From: a virus
Virus record (IMG/VR): IMGVR_UViG_3300017766_005465
Span: 32,001 to 96,000 of that record
Reading direction: 5' to 3' (one strand)
DNA: 64,000 bases
The notes beneath the pieces are model-generated. The model saw only the letters and a program-made list of their open reading frames with translations. It was not told the origin of the DNA and made no database searches. Positions 19,174 through 29,367 of this stretch are shown here, piece by piece. A program made the translations under genes and the position numbers. Each line of letters starts with the position of its first letter. The first letter of the stretch is position 1.

Positions 19174-22100
19174 TGCTCCTTGTAGTTGAGTGTCACGGAC
19201 ATGGTTCCGTTCACGCCTGGGGCGAGGTTTCTCGCGATCATGAAGAGCGCCTTATTGTTCCAGAAACTGGGTCCTATGGACTCGGTGTTGATGTTGAAGA
19301 TGTCCGAGAGATCTATCTCCGTAGGTTTATTTTCCGAGACGAAGAATGAAGCTACAGGGTCCCCTGACTCTTTAAACTCCAGCCATCTCACCGGGTAGTC
19401 GCCAACACCGGAGAAGCCCGCGCCCGAGAGGATATTGTTGCTGACAAAGCTGGGGCATTTCTTGCGTCGGTCCAGGCCACTAACTCCGCTAACGTCGTAG
19501 TAGGAGTAGTTGTCCGGGGTGAGGGTATCGGCGTGGTTGTAGGCAATCATCGACTTCTTCGCGGAAGTCACTGTATCCGAGGAACCACCGTCATGGAGGT
19601 CCAGGTTTCCGTCGATGTTATTCACGCTCAGAGTGCAGCCGTGTGGGGTGAATGGGGTTTGGATGACGCCATTAGGAGTTACCTGGCCCACAGTCATGCC
19701 TCCGATCTTGGCCCCCTCCCTCATCCTGATAAAGAATCTGATGGGGAAGAGGTTCTGGCCCACGATCTTCTGCGCTAGGAGGGTGGCGTCAGGCCTTAGA
19801 AGGCTCGGGACGTAGAGCGCTATGGCGCGGTACTTGGCCACGATGGCTGTGTCATTGCTAAACGGGGAGCCAGATATAATTGTCACTGGAAGCAGGTAGA
19901 GTTGGACGCTGGTGCCGGAGGGGGTGAAGACCTGCTGGGCCGCGCCGGGCGTCGTGCTTACGGTGATACTCGCTTCGTCGGAGTCCCTCTCCACAAATAG
20001 GGAGTTAGAGGCGCTCCAGAGGTCCGCTGGCCAGGGTGATGTCTTGGAGAGGTAGTAGGTCCCAGCCGTAGCTGTTCCGTCGATGCCGATATCCGTGAAG
20101 GAGGCCAGGGCCTGAATCTCCCCGGCTTTTCCGTAAATGGCGTGGCAACTTCCGCCCTCCGAACCCGGAACTCCGGGAAGTTGGGCGTCGATAAGACCCA
20201 TGGATTGCGACAGTCCCTCTGCTACCTCGAGTCCGCCATCTCCCACTGCCAGATAGGCCGGTTGATTTACAGCGAGAACGTTCTTCTTCAACTCGTTGGA
20301 GTCGAAGTTCACCGGCAGTCCTTCATAGTAGCGATAGTTGGAGCTGTTGGGGATCGACTTATCGACAACGTAGTAATTGCTTCCGTCCTGCAGTACCCGA
20401 ACGCTCTCCCCGTCACCACTCAGTCCGGTCCGATCAGCGGGGTTCTTAGGGTCTATGATGCCAAAATTAGGACCTACCCTACTCCGTGATACGATCGAGT
20501 TGGGGTACGTGTACGATCCAGGATTCTCCAGAGGCCAGATCACGCCGATCTGCATCTCCCCCATGTGGTTGCCATCGCAACCAAACTCGGCACTATTAAT
20601 ACCGCACCTCAAGTCGTAGGAGTCCTGGGACTCAGGAGTGATCCTCGTGTACAGGAGGTAGAACTCCTCGGTCGTAATGTCCACGGTGGATAGGAGCGAG
20701 GTATCCTGGCGGTACCTGGAGAGTTTTAGCGAGACGTCCTCCTTAAACCTAAACAGGAGTTCGGCGTCAGACCACGGGCGGTCCTTCGACTGCCCGACGT
20801 AGTACGCGCCATTACTACCCAGGGATCTCTGCACCACGATCTCCGGGCCACTGACACCCGTTGGGGACGTGGCGTACTCCTGCGTCGGATTGACGTACGT
20901 GGCGTACACCTTATCCCCGATCAGGTGGGAGCCGATCAGCGCCGACTCGTAAGCTTCCCAGCCTACAAACACCCCGCCGCTTATCAGGTTGCTAGAGGAT
21001 ACCGGGTAGGCGGAATCGGGTCCTACGTAGGAGAGCGTAGGAACCGGGGACTGCTCGTCGCGGTCTAGGAAGGAGAGCGATGTTACGTCTTTCTGGAGTC
21101 GGTTGATGCTGAAGAGGCCACGTAGCCGTTGTTCCTCTGGCAGAATGCACGTGTACCCCTCCTGGAAAGTAAAAGCGTTCTCCCGGCATCCGTACTGATT
21201 GACAAACTTCACCTCCGTCGCGGTTGTGGAGATGATGGACATGGAGATGGGAAAGACCTCTTTCTTGTTGGGGAAGGAGTTGCCCTCGGAGTTGATAATG
21301 TACTGTTTGGGTTTTAGGCCTAGGACGCTTGCCCAGTTGTAAATGGGAACCTCGATGGTGTCCGACGTGATGTCCGGAATCTGCCTATTCACCGACCTAC
21401 CGCTGGACAGCGACACAGTACCCTCGTCGCCACCGTCGATGTAGTAGGACGCTCCGTACTTCTCCACGAACTGGGGCAGGCGGATGCGGCTCGGGCTATC
21501 GACGTAGGCTCTGTACTTGAAGAAGAAGAACGGATCCTCAAGGCACGGTTGGCCGATCTGGTTCTCGATGACGAGAGTGTGCACCGTCACCCACCTTGAC
21601 GAGCCATTGCTCTGCGGGATATACATGTAGAACCGAGCACCGATGGCACCGTACCATCCGAACTCGATCTTGTACATGGTTACAGTGTCGGGGTTGAAGA
21701 TGTAACCACTCTTACCCTGGCCGTTGAGCCCGTCTCCATTCATCTGGTTCTGCTGGATGACGGTCTCGTAGACCTTGGTCACCGTCCTGTTTCTGACTCC
21801 GGCCTCGAGCTGGAGTACCTGGGAGTCGGTAAGCAGATCCTTGTACCTTACAACCCCCGTCAGCTGGGAGATGTACGCCTCGCGCTCCCTGTACTCAGCC
21901 TGGATGAATAGGTCGGTCTGCCCAAGCGGGATCGTGGACCTTCTGACCACGGAGAAGTCCGTGCCATCCTGGAGCCTGAAGAAGTAACCGTCGGTGTAGT
22001 TCTCCACCCCCCACTCGAGCAGGGATCCCGGGCCCGCTCCTTCTTCGGAGACACGGACGCCGTAGGTGAAGCCACTAATCCTACCGGGTTGGTAGCGGAA

Positions 22101-23405
22101 CGCCCTGAGAGACGTGAGAGTGATCACGGCAAGGCCGCACTCCCGCCCGCCGATCAGGTTACCGTCGGAGATTATATTGGTGATTTGGGGAATGGATATG
22201 TCGGAGAAGCTCTGGGGCCAGCTCTGGCCAAAGATGAGCGATTCCGACGGTGTGGTAGACGTGATGAGGAAGTAGGGAAGTTTGTAGTCGATCACAAACT
22301 GCGGGACTTCGCTCGGCGACGAGTACACCTGAAACTCCCAGTTTCTCAGATCGGCGGGAAGGGAGCTGTAGTCTATGCCCCAGTACTCGTCCCACAGTTC
22401 CGGGTTACTGTTTGTCGCGATAACGTAGTGGCCCTGGTTCGGCTCGCGCCAGGTGTAACGGGTGGAGGCGAAGAAGAACTTGTTGAAGTTTACGGATACG
22501 TTGGCTTCCTCGGCGGGCAGGTCGGCTCCGAACAGAGCCGTGAGGTCTATGGTGTCCTCGCCGGCATCCGGGGCGAAGTTGAACATGGTGCCGCGCGGGA
22601 TGATGGGGATATTACCCGAGGACTCAAAACGACCCTGGTTAATATCCAGCCAGATCTGATCCCAGTAGAGGCGATTGAATTTCCCGTCGGAGGTCTTGGG
22701 GTACTTTCTCTCGATGAAGTTGAGACGGAAGGCGTTTCTCTGCTCAGGCGTAAAGTTATTGACCATGTACTCGATGATGTACATAGCCACGAGGGACTGG
22801 ATGTAGCGCCCCCACCCAGGCCCAGGATTGTCGGTGATGCCCTTGATTTTGTTATAGACGGGCGGGTTGCTGGGGTCGGTGTAGGGTACGGGGTAGGAGT
22901 CAATGACGATGGACGAACCCTCGGAGTAGTCCCGGTCCCTCACTGGGATATGCGGTCCGGCCGGAGAGTTCTTACTGTCCCAGTCCTCATTCTGGACCCG
23001 CTGCTCCGCCCAGCCTGCGTACACCACCCAGTCCTTTCTATCCAGACCGTACGTACTAACATCGTCGAAGATCCCCTGCTGGGTCTCCGCTCTATCTATA
23101 CCGAGGAGCGACCTGGAGACGGCGCTCTGCTCGGCGAAACGCTCCTTAATCGGAAGGGCCGCTGGCCGGCCCTTGCTGTAGATGTTCCGTGTTGACAACC
23201 CATTCTTCTTGTAGGATTTGGGGTCCATGTTCACGGCCACCGACCCCTTTGAGAGGTAGTCGGGTGGGTAGTAAACGTCTTTCTTAGAGATCAGGGTGTT
23301 GCCTTCCTCGGAGAAGAGCGAGCTTCCCTGATAGCTGATCATCTGAAGCTCCTTCTCGTAGGTCCTAACGCCCGTCTTCTGGGCTCTAATGCTATACTGA
23401 GCCAT
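19170..23405 (-). CDS. Large virion structural protein (RYQPGR family, paralogue 1)
   Basis: 1411 aa; shares FRYQPGR, TMxKIEFxWYGAxGA and KYGASYYIDGGDxGTV blocks with its neighbour. Confidence 0.65.
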   Translation of the reverse strand: MAQYSIRAQKTGVRTYEKELQMISYQGSSLFSEEGNTLISKKDVYYPPDYLSKGSVAVNMDPKSYKKNGLSTRNIYSKGRPAALPIKERFAEQSAVSRSLLGIDRAETQQGIFDDVSTYGLDRKDWVVYAGWAEQRVQNEDWDSKNSPAGPHIPVRDRDYSEGSSIVIDSYPVPYTDPSNPPVYNKIKGITDNPGPGWGRYIQSLVAMYIIEYMVNNFTPEQRNAFRLNFIERKYPKTSDGKFNRLYWDQIWLDINQGRFESSGNIPIIPRGTMFNFAPDAGEDTIDLTALFGADLPAEEANVSVNFNKFFFASTRYTWREPNQGHYVIATNSNPELWDEYWGIDYSSLPADLRNWEFQVYSSPSEVPQFVIDYKLPYFLITSTTPSESLIFGQSWPQSFSDISIPQITNIISDGNLIGGRECGLAVITLTSLRAFRYQPGRISGFTYGVRVSEEGAGPGSLLEWGVENYTDGYFFRLQDGTDFSVVRRSTIPLGQTDLFIQAEYREREAYISQLTGVVRYKDLLTDSQVLQLEAGVRNRTVTKVYETVIQQNQMNGDGLNGQGKSGYIFNPDTVTMYKIEFGWYGAIGARFYMYIPQSNGSSRWVTVHTLVIENQIGQPCLEDPFFFFKYRAYVDSPSRIRLPQFVEKYGASYYIDGGDEGTVSLSSGRSVNRQIPDITSDTIEVPIYNWASVLGLKPKQYIINSEGNSFPNKKEVFPISMSIISTTATEVKFVNQYGCRENAFTFQEGYTCILPEEQRLRGLFSINRLQKDVTSLSFLDRDEQSPVPTLSYVGPDSAYPVSSSNLISGGVFVGWEAYESALIGSHLIGDKVYATYVNPTQEYATSPTGVSGPEIVVQRSLGSNGAYYVGQSKDRPWSDAELLFRFKEDVSLKLSRYRQDTSLLSTVDITTEEFYLLYTRITPESQDSYDLRCGINSAEFGCDGNHMGEMQIGVIWPLENPGSYTYPNSIVSRSRVGPNFGIIDPKNPADRTGLSGDGESVRVLQDGSNYYVVDKSIPNSSNYRYYEGLPVNFDSNELKKNVLAVNQPAYLAVGDGGLEVAEGLSQSMGLIDAQLPGVPGSEGGSCHAIYGKAGEIQALASFTDIGIDGTATAGTYYLSKTSPWPADLWSASNSLFVERDSDEASITVSTTPGAAQQVFTPSGTSVQLYLLPVTIISGSPFSNDTAIVAKYRAIALYVPSLLRPDATLLAQKIVGQNLFPIRFFIRMREGAKIGGMTVGQVTPNGVIQTPFTPHGCTLSVNNIDGNLDLHDGGSSDTVTSAKKSMIAYNHADTLTPDNYSYYDVSGVSGLDRRKKCPSFVSNNILSGAGFSGVGDYPVRWLEFKESGDPVASFFVSENKPTEIDLSDIFNINTESIGPSFWNNKALFMIARNLAPGVNGTMSVTLNYKEQ

Positions 23406-23411
23406 GAGGAA

Positions 23412-26400
23412 TCACTGCTCCTCCCAGGTCAGGGCGTTATTGACTTTGAACGGTGAGGTGGCGGGAGTGGTTGAGCCTAACGCCTGGACCGATATATCGT
23501 AGTGGCCCTGGAGGGTGATGATGTCCACCTCGTCGGTGAGAGGGAAGGACAGATACTCCTTATTGTAGGCGAAGTAATCCTGGAGGTCGAATTGGTAACC
23601 CCCGGCGTTCGCGTAGTAGGAGAGGATCTCGTTGCCGGTATCGGAGATGGGGGTAAGGTCCAGGTCCTGGGCGATCTGCACACCTGAGAGACGGGTGATG
23701 TCCTCCCAGGTTGCCAGACCATCGGCCTCAAGGCGATTCCACTTAGTCTGGTCGGTGGAGGCGGTCGATCCGAGAATACCTCCGCCGGCGGAGAGCACGG
23801 CCTCCGAGAGCACTCCGGCAGAGCTAAGAGTGAGGTGCCGCTCTGGGATGAAGAGTCCGACGATGTAGATGTCCTCAGGATAGGAGAAGAACTTCTCGAA
23901 GAAGTACCCGGCTGAGGTCTGGAATAGTTTTCCGAGGATGGGGGTGTAAGCCGCGGGCGAGGTGGATCCGATGGTCCAGCCGGTGGAAGCCGTGGACTGG
24001 GACGTGGTGCCCAGGAAGTAACCGTAACGGTACTTTCCTACTCCGATAGTCGGAGGGGAGGCGAAGCCCACTTGCACGGGCAGAGTCGAGTTCTTAGTAT
24101 TGACGTAGTTGTTGGAGGTGGTTACAGGATCACGGACGATACCCGCTCCGGTGTAAGCCACCGAGGTACCAAGAGATGTCGAGGTATTAGTTACGATGAA
24201 GAGTGGGTTCTTAAAGGCTCTCAGGGTGAGAAGTTCACCTGAAGTCCCCCCGGTCACGCCCGCTCCGTACTTGATGGGGTAGATCTGGAGGCGGTTGCGG
24301 ACGGGTTTACCATCTCTGTTGTAGATGAAGTCCTTGGCGCGGACTGTTAGGAGGGAGCGCTGGGTCCTGGGGGTGACGAGTCTTACGCCTGTGGCGTTGG
24401 TCGCCGGAAGCGCGGAGTTGGTGAAGTGGAGGGTAATGTCATTACCACTCTGCGTCACCCACTTGACCTTGGCGGTGGAGTCGGATGCCAGGTACGCTCC
24501 CATCAGACCAACAGCCACTCCACCGGCCACGTTGGGATGGGTTACGGCGGAGTAGGTTAGCTCGGAGGCTGATGTCCTCGTCCAGTTAGTAGCGGTGAAG
24601 TCGTAGAAGCCCTTGGGCACCTCACGCTGGAAATCGGAGGCCTTTGAGAGCAGGCGGACGGTACCTTTATCCCCTCCGTCAATGTAGTAGGAAGCACCGT
24701 ACTTGACCAGGGTGTTGCCGATGTCCGTCGACTCGAGTCCGCTCTCCGGACCCCCGTGGATGAGGTAGGTGATGGGGAGGGTGGCATTACCCAGAGAAGC
24801 GACCGAGTGCTGGTTGGAGGCTCGGATGTGATGGACTCTCACCCACCTCGCCTCGTTGTTGCCAACGGGCACGTAGCAGAGGAAGATGGCGCCAACAGCG
24901 CCGTACCACGAGAACTCGATCTTCCACATTGTTACCTTTGTGAAATCGATGTTGTAGGCCGACTGTACTTTTATAACTTCAGCGTTTGCGTCTTTAATAG
25001 GCTCTCCAGGAAGGTTGATAACGGAACCGCCTCCTACTGTGGTGTCCTCAGCGGCGGTGTTTACGTCACTCCAGCGTAACACCGACTCAGCGCCATCGAG
25101 TTTGTCGCCGGAGAACATCGCTCTCACAGGTCTCCACTCGTATACCATGCGGTAGGGCTTGGGAACGCACAGGTTGAACCACTCCTTGAGGGTTACGTTG
25201 CCGTTGGTGACTGTGCGGGCTTTAACGTTTGCTGGGAGGCTGGGGGAGGCCGAGTGCTGGGCGTCGGAGATACGATAGCCGGCATCAACACCCTGGGTAT
25301 TCACCATCAGGTGCCACACCTTCTTCTCACTATTGGAGGTGGAGGGAGCGGTGTCCCAGGTATTGGCGATGATCGTGGAGTTGTAGGAACTGATCGATGA
25401 TCCGGCGATGCCCCACTCCGAAGCCTCCAGAGATGTTTTGTCCGAAGGGAACGTGGTATACGAAGCTTTACGGTTTAAGTTGGAGATAATCTGGTAGAAA
25501 TTACAGTGAGCGTCAAGGCGAATATAACCGTTAGAAAGAGTGTCTGAGTGAGTCTGACCGGGGGTATAGACCGGGCCGCTCTTTTTCTGGTCGAATGGGA
25601 ACTGGAATTTACGATCGGCCATAACCTCCGACCAGACTGTTCCGTTGAAAGTCGCGAGGCGAACGGCGTAACCGGAGTCGGACTGGTAGTTCTTCAGAGC
25701 TCCGGAGGGGTCTCCTGACGCATCAATAGCGGCAACGCTCTCGGGAGCGTAGACGAGGGAGGGGTCGTAGATCGCAGCGGCGGTGTAGACTAGGCCGTCT
25801 CTCACGATAACCGGGTCGAGTCCCGCCACGCCGAAGTTGGTCGCTGGAGTGAAGTCGGTGTCGTCGCTGTTCTGGAACCAGCTCAGAGCCCCGGCGTAGC
25901 CGGAGGGCTCGGAGGGGATGATGGCCTGCGTCCGACGAACGCAGCGGAAGTCGTTGCCCTTTCCGGCGTTAGCCGTCTCGAAGTAGTAGCCGTCGAATTT
26001 GTCGAAGATGCCCCACTTCTTCAGCGATGGAGCTCCCTTCATCTTGGCCTGGAGGGCGGAGGTCTGCTCCTCTGGGTCGCGAGTGATGTTCATCTTCACA
26101 CCCATTGTGGAGGCGGAGACGCGTCCAGGCTGGTAGCGGAAGAAGCGCTTGGAGGTCAGTACGGTGGTCTTGACGTCCGGAGCCACGAGTCTCGCCCCGG
26201 CTTCCTCAGGGATGTGCTCCACACCGTAGTCGATGCCCTCGCCGCTAGGATCGGGAGTGTTCTCGGGCGGGAACTGAGCCCACTCGGACGGGTTGACGTC
26301 GTAGGTGTTAACGTCAGCGAAGATACCCAGCGCCACCTCGGCTCTAGGGATACCCAGCAGGCTCAGCGCCACTTCCGACTGGATCTTATTCTGCTCCTCT

Positions 26401-26510
26401 ACGGGTATAGGTGCCTGATCCTCGGCAAATACCACTGGGAGAGAGTTAGCGGCCGGTTGTTGGCCTAGAGGTACCGGTGAGGTCTTTCCAACGCTGACTT
26501 TTGATGCCAT
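23412..26510 (-). CDS. Large virion structural protein (RYQPGR family, paralogue 2)
   Basis: 1032 aa; same conserved blocks as 19170..23405. Confidence 0.65.
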   Translation of the reverse strand: MASKVSVGKTSPVPLGQQPAANSLPVVFAEDQAPIPVEEQNKIQSEVALSLLGIPRAEVALGIFADVNTYDVNPSEWAQFPPENTPDPSGEGIDYGVEHIPEEAGARLVAPDVKTTVLTSKRFFRYQPGRVSASTMGVKMNITRDPEEQTSALQAKMKGAPSLKKWGIFDKFDGYYFETANAGKGNDFRCVRRTQAIIPSEPSGYAGALSWFQNSDDTDFTPATNFGVAGLDPVIVRDGLVYTAAAIYDPSLVYAPESVAAIDASGDPSGALKNYQSDSGYAVRLATFNGTVWSEVMADRKFQFPFDQKKSGPVYTPGQTHSDTLSNGYIRLDAHCNFYQIISNLNRKASYTTFPSDKTSLEASEWGIAGSSISSYNSTIIANTWDTAPSTSNSEKKVWHLMVNTQGVDAGYRISDAQHSASPSLPANVKARTVTNGNVTLKEWFNLCVPKPYRMVYEWRPVRAMFSGDKLDGAESVLRWSDVNTAAEDTTVGGGSVINLPGEPIKDANAEVIKVQSAYNIDFTKVTMWKIEFSWYGAVGAIFLCYVPVGNNEARWVRVHHIRASNQHSVASLGNATLPITYLIHGGPESGLESTDIGNTLVKYGASYYIDGGDKGTVRLLSKASDFQREVPKGFYDFTATNWTRTSASELTYSAVTHPNVAGGVAVGLMGAYLASDSTAKVKWVTQSGNDITLHFTNSALPATNATGVRLVTPRTQRSLLTVRAKDFIYNRDGKPVRNRLQIYPIKYGAGVTGGTSGELLTLRAFKNPLFIVTNTSTSLGTSVAYTGAGIVRDPVTTSNNYVNTKNSTLPVQVGFASPPTIGVGKYRYGYFLGTTSQSTASTGWTIGSTSPAAYTPILGKLFQTSAGYFFEKFFSYPEDIYIVGLFIPERHLTLSSAGVLSEAVLSAGGGILGSTASTDQTKWNRLEADGLATWEDITRLSGVQIAQDLDLTPISDTGNEILSYYANAGGYQFDLQDYFAYNKEYLSFPLTDEVDIITLQGHYDISVQALGSTTPATSPFKVNNALTWEEQ

Positions 26511-26537
26511 TGTAAACGCATGCTCTGTATGTATCTA

Positions 26538-26545
26538 CTTTAAAC
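26538..26545 (-). promoter_or_regulatory. Putative late promoter box GTTTAAAG
   Basis: Intergenic, 27 nt upstream of ATG 26510. Confidence 0.65.
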
Positions 26546-26564
26546 ATCACAGGGCCGAACAGCG

Positions 26565-26602
26565 AAAAAAGCCAGGGAGGAGGGGAAAGCTCCGCCCCGG
26601 CC
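26565..26602 (-). terminator. Probable intrinsic terminator
   Basis: Minus strand GGCCGGGGCGGAG...CTCCTCCCTGGC then TTTTTT, downstream of the tailspike gene. Confidence 0.5.
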
Positions 26603-26623
26603 AGTCGCCGTGTCAGGATCTCA

Positions 26624-28963
26624 TCACTCGGAAACGTAGATATTTCCGTCGGCGATGAAGTAGTTGTTCTTGATCAGGCCTAGGTACCCCGTCGGGGTGC
26701 TGTAGACGTCCGTCGAGGCCGTGAACTTGGAGGCCACGGTGGATGGCGTTGAGATCACGACGGCGGCGTTGCTCGTGTCCACCTCGATGATGCTGATGGT
26801 GGTGGAGTCGGGCCAGTTGGACAGTTCGGCTCCGGTGACTCCGATGCCTGTCGTCTTGATAAAGTCGTTTGACGGATTGCCCGCAGCGAAGAACAGCAGT
26901 GAGAGGATGTCGGAGGAGCTGCGGAAGTAGATCTTAACGGTTGTCGGGGAGGCGTAGGCGATACGGTCGATGGCGTATCTTCCCAGAGCGGCGGTTGCCG
27001 TGATCCTGTACCCGTAGCCGTAATTGGCCGAACCCGAACCGTCGGGTTTGAGCAGGTCGTAACCATTAGTACCACGGATCGAGCGGCCCTGGTTCGATCC
27101 GCCAACTCCCGTCATCGAAGAGACCGGTGCTGTGAGGGCGAATATGCCCGCCTCGAGCTGTGGCCTGCTCTCCACCACCTGGAGGTAGGTGGCCGGCGCC
27201 GACGTATTGTACTGGTAACTCGAGTTGAGCGGGTACACTCTGGCCACGATCGAGCCCGGGGTGACGGAGACAGGGAACCCACTGTCGGTCACCGTGAAGT
27301 AGGTCGGGGTCATGACCACGTCTCTCTTCACATCCAGACTCACCCGACTGTACTCGTTCTGGTACAGGTCGATGTTACGGATCACGGACCCGTTCTCGTT
27401 GAAGGTGAGGTTGCCCTCAGCGCTCCAGGTGTCGGACGCGTTGAGCCTGATCCCTGTCTCCCCGCAGTTGTCGACAATGTTGCTGTTGATGAGGGAAGCG
27501 TCGATGCCGGTAAAATCCACGGCGCCGGAGCAGTTCTGGAAGAGGTTGCCCTGGGCGATGATGCGGCTCGACTCGCGGATCTTGAGAGGCGAGATGTTCA
27601 TCTCGAAGGGTTTGGAGAGCTCGAATACTCTATTACCGGTGAAGTTGATCTTGTCCGAATCGAGGGAGTAGAGAGCGGCACCGGTTCCGTTGTAGAACGA
27701 GCAGTTAGAAACGCGGACGCCGTCGGCGTACTCGAGGGCGAGGGCGTCGTGGTACTTGTCACCGACTCCGTAGGTGTCGTTCTCAGGGAGGTTGATGGGG
27801 AAGGTCTCCGTCTTGTTCCCGTCGAATGCCAGTTCGCGAACGGTCACACCGCTTACACGGTTGGTTACGCCGGAGCCGAGCATGCCGATAAATCCGAACT
27901 GACCGGGCGGGTTGATGTGTGTGGGCATGCGCTTGAGCACCGAGGAGTCCCCGGAGCCTCTGAGCGTCACCCCACTATACTGGCTGGCCGGGATCTCGGA
28001 TCCGTACAGGGCAACGTTGCGCACCGAGTAGGTGCCGGTCGGGACGAATACGTCCTTGATGTTGTTGACGGCAGCGTAGTCTAGTGCCTCCTGGAGGGGC
28101 TTGGTGTCGTCGAATCTGAACTTGACGCGGATGGAGAGGTTGTCCAGGCCGGTAAAAACCCCGGACTCGGAGGCGGCGTCGGAGCACTCCAGGGTTCCTG
28201 AGATGCTCTTGCTGAGGATCTTGAGTCTGCGCTTGACGATGATCGTCTTCGCGGATATCGACCCAGCGGACACGGAGATGATGCCATCGAAGAGTTCGGG
28301 GCTGAACTCGCCTCCGAGCATACGGGCCTCGTCCCACGACGGGATCTGCAGGGACCCGCGGTCGTTAAAGGTGATGGAGGTGTTACCGCCGAGGATGTTG
28401 TTGCTGGGGATCCCGAGGAACTGGATCTGCCCTGGCCCCCACTGCCTGTAGATGACGGGCACCCACTCCGACGTGAGTCTGTTCAGGGAGAAGCGGACGT
28501 AGTTGTTCTCGTCGAACTGTGTCTGCGGGTCCTTGAAGACGTCGGAGAGCGTGAGCGTCTTAGCGTACGGGGAGAACTTGCCCGTGACTACGTTGAAGGC
28601 GTAGACGTAGTACTGAAGAGTCTTGCTGGTGGAGGTGCCGGACTGGACGACCGCTCCCACTCCCTCCGGGGCTCCGATGTTGGTGAGGATTCCGTCGTAC
28701 TCGCTCACCGACGGATTGGATGTATCCAGGTAGAAGAAAGCGTAGAGTTCCTGACCGACCTGGAAGTAGTCCTTCTCGTACTGTGTGTAGTCGGGGATCT
28801 CGCCGATGCTGATCACGGACCCGAATCCGTTAAGCCCTCTCACCCTGCCCTCGAAGTACTTATCCAGGCCAGCGGCTCCGAAGGACTTCACGTTGACGTA
28901 GGAGTTCCTGTCAGGGTCTACCTGAATGAGAGTCGATGTCTGTGTACGACCGATGTATCTCAT
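26624..28963 (-). CDS. Pectin-lyase-fold (right-handed beta-helix) tailspike/depolymerase-like protein
   Basis: VNVKSFGAAG; DDTKPLQEALD..VFVPTGTY..LRGSG; Asn-ladder repeats (FTGNRV, AQGNLF, INSNIV). Confidence 0.8.
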   Translation of the reverse strand: MRYIGRTQTSTLIQVDPDRNSYVNVKSFGAAGLDKYFEGRVRGLNGFGSVISIGEIPDYTQYEKDYFQVGQELYAFFYLDTSNPSVSEYDGILTNIGAPEGVGAVVQSGTSTSKTLQYYVYAFNVVTGKFSPYAKTLTLSDVFKDPQTQFDENNYVRFSLNRLTSEWVPVIYRQWGPGQIQFLGIPSNNILGGNTSITFNDRGSLQIPSWDEARMLGGEFSPELFDGIISVSAGSISAKTIIVKRRLKILSKSISGTLECSDAASESGVFTGLDNLSIRVKFRFDDTKPLQEALDYAAVNNIKDVFVPTGTYSVRNVALYGSEIPASQYSGVTLRGSGDSSVLKRMPTHINPPGQFGFIGMLGSGVTNRVSGVTVRELAFDGNKTETFPINLPENDTYGVGDKYHDALALEYADGVRVSNCSFYNGTGAALYSLDSDKINFTGNRVFELSKPFEMNISPLKIRESSRIIAQGNLFQNCSGAVDFTGIDASLINSNIVDNCGETGIRLNASDTWSAEGNLTFNENGSVIRNIDLYQNEYSRVSLDVKRDVVMTPTYFTVTDSGFPVSVTPGSIVARVYPLNSSYQYNTSAPATYLQVVESRPQLEAGIFALTAPVSSMTGVGGSNQGRSIRGTNGYDLLKPDGSGSANYGYGYRITATAALGRYAIDRIAYASPTTVKIYFRSSSDILSLLFFAAGNPSNDFIKTTGIGVTGAELSNWPDSTTISIIEVDTSNAAVVISTPSTVASKFTASTDVYSTPTGYLGLIKNNYFIADGNIYVSE

Positions 28964-28972
28964 TTTCTATCC

Positions 28973-29365
28973 TCAGAGGGTGGGGGAGCCGACAACGGCC
29001 GGGGTGTAGATAACGTAGGAGACTACCATGTCCGCGGAGTTAGCTCCACCGGCACTGTCCATCCACGCCTTGAGCGAGTCGCCTCTCTTCAGCACGAACT
29101 TGTTACCATCGATGACCTCGAAAGATACCTGGGAGGGGATGGCTACGTCGTAGAGCATGTAGGCCGCGGTTGCGCTGCCCGACTTCTGGAGCGTCATATT
29201 GAGCCCTCTTGTCGTCGAGGACTTGTTGGCCACCATCACCGACAGTATCATGGCGTAGCCATCGGCCGGGATGAGGGTACTATCGAAAACTGTCGTGGGT
29301 GAGCCTCCATTCGCCGAGATGCCGGAGTAGGTGGAGGAGTAGAAATTATTAACGGGATAGGTCAT
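28973..29365 (-). CDS. Small putative virion protein
   Basis: 130 aa beta-sandwich-like pattern (ILSVMVANK..KFVLKRGDSL) in the structural operon. Confidence 0.6.
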   Translation of the reverse strand: MTYPVNNFYSSTYSGISANGGSPTTVFDSTLIPADGYAMILSVMVANKSSTTRGLNMTLQKSGSATAAYMLYDVAIPSQVSFEVIDGNKFVLKRGDSLKAWMDSAGGANSADMVVSYVIYTPAVVGSPTL

Positions 29366-29367
29366 GG

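Noticed and set aside
19370-20748. Intragenic GTTTAAAG (19370) and GTTTAAGG (20741) on the minus strand
   Set aside because: No nearby start codon at the usual spacing (about 200 nt and >1.5 kb from the next gene start); compatible with chance Phe-Lys codons, so not called as promoters
22089-23195. 368-aa plus-strand ORF
   Set aside because: Entirely antisense to the 1411-aa gene; a shadow ORF expected from high GC3, with no motifs
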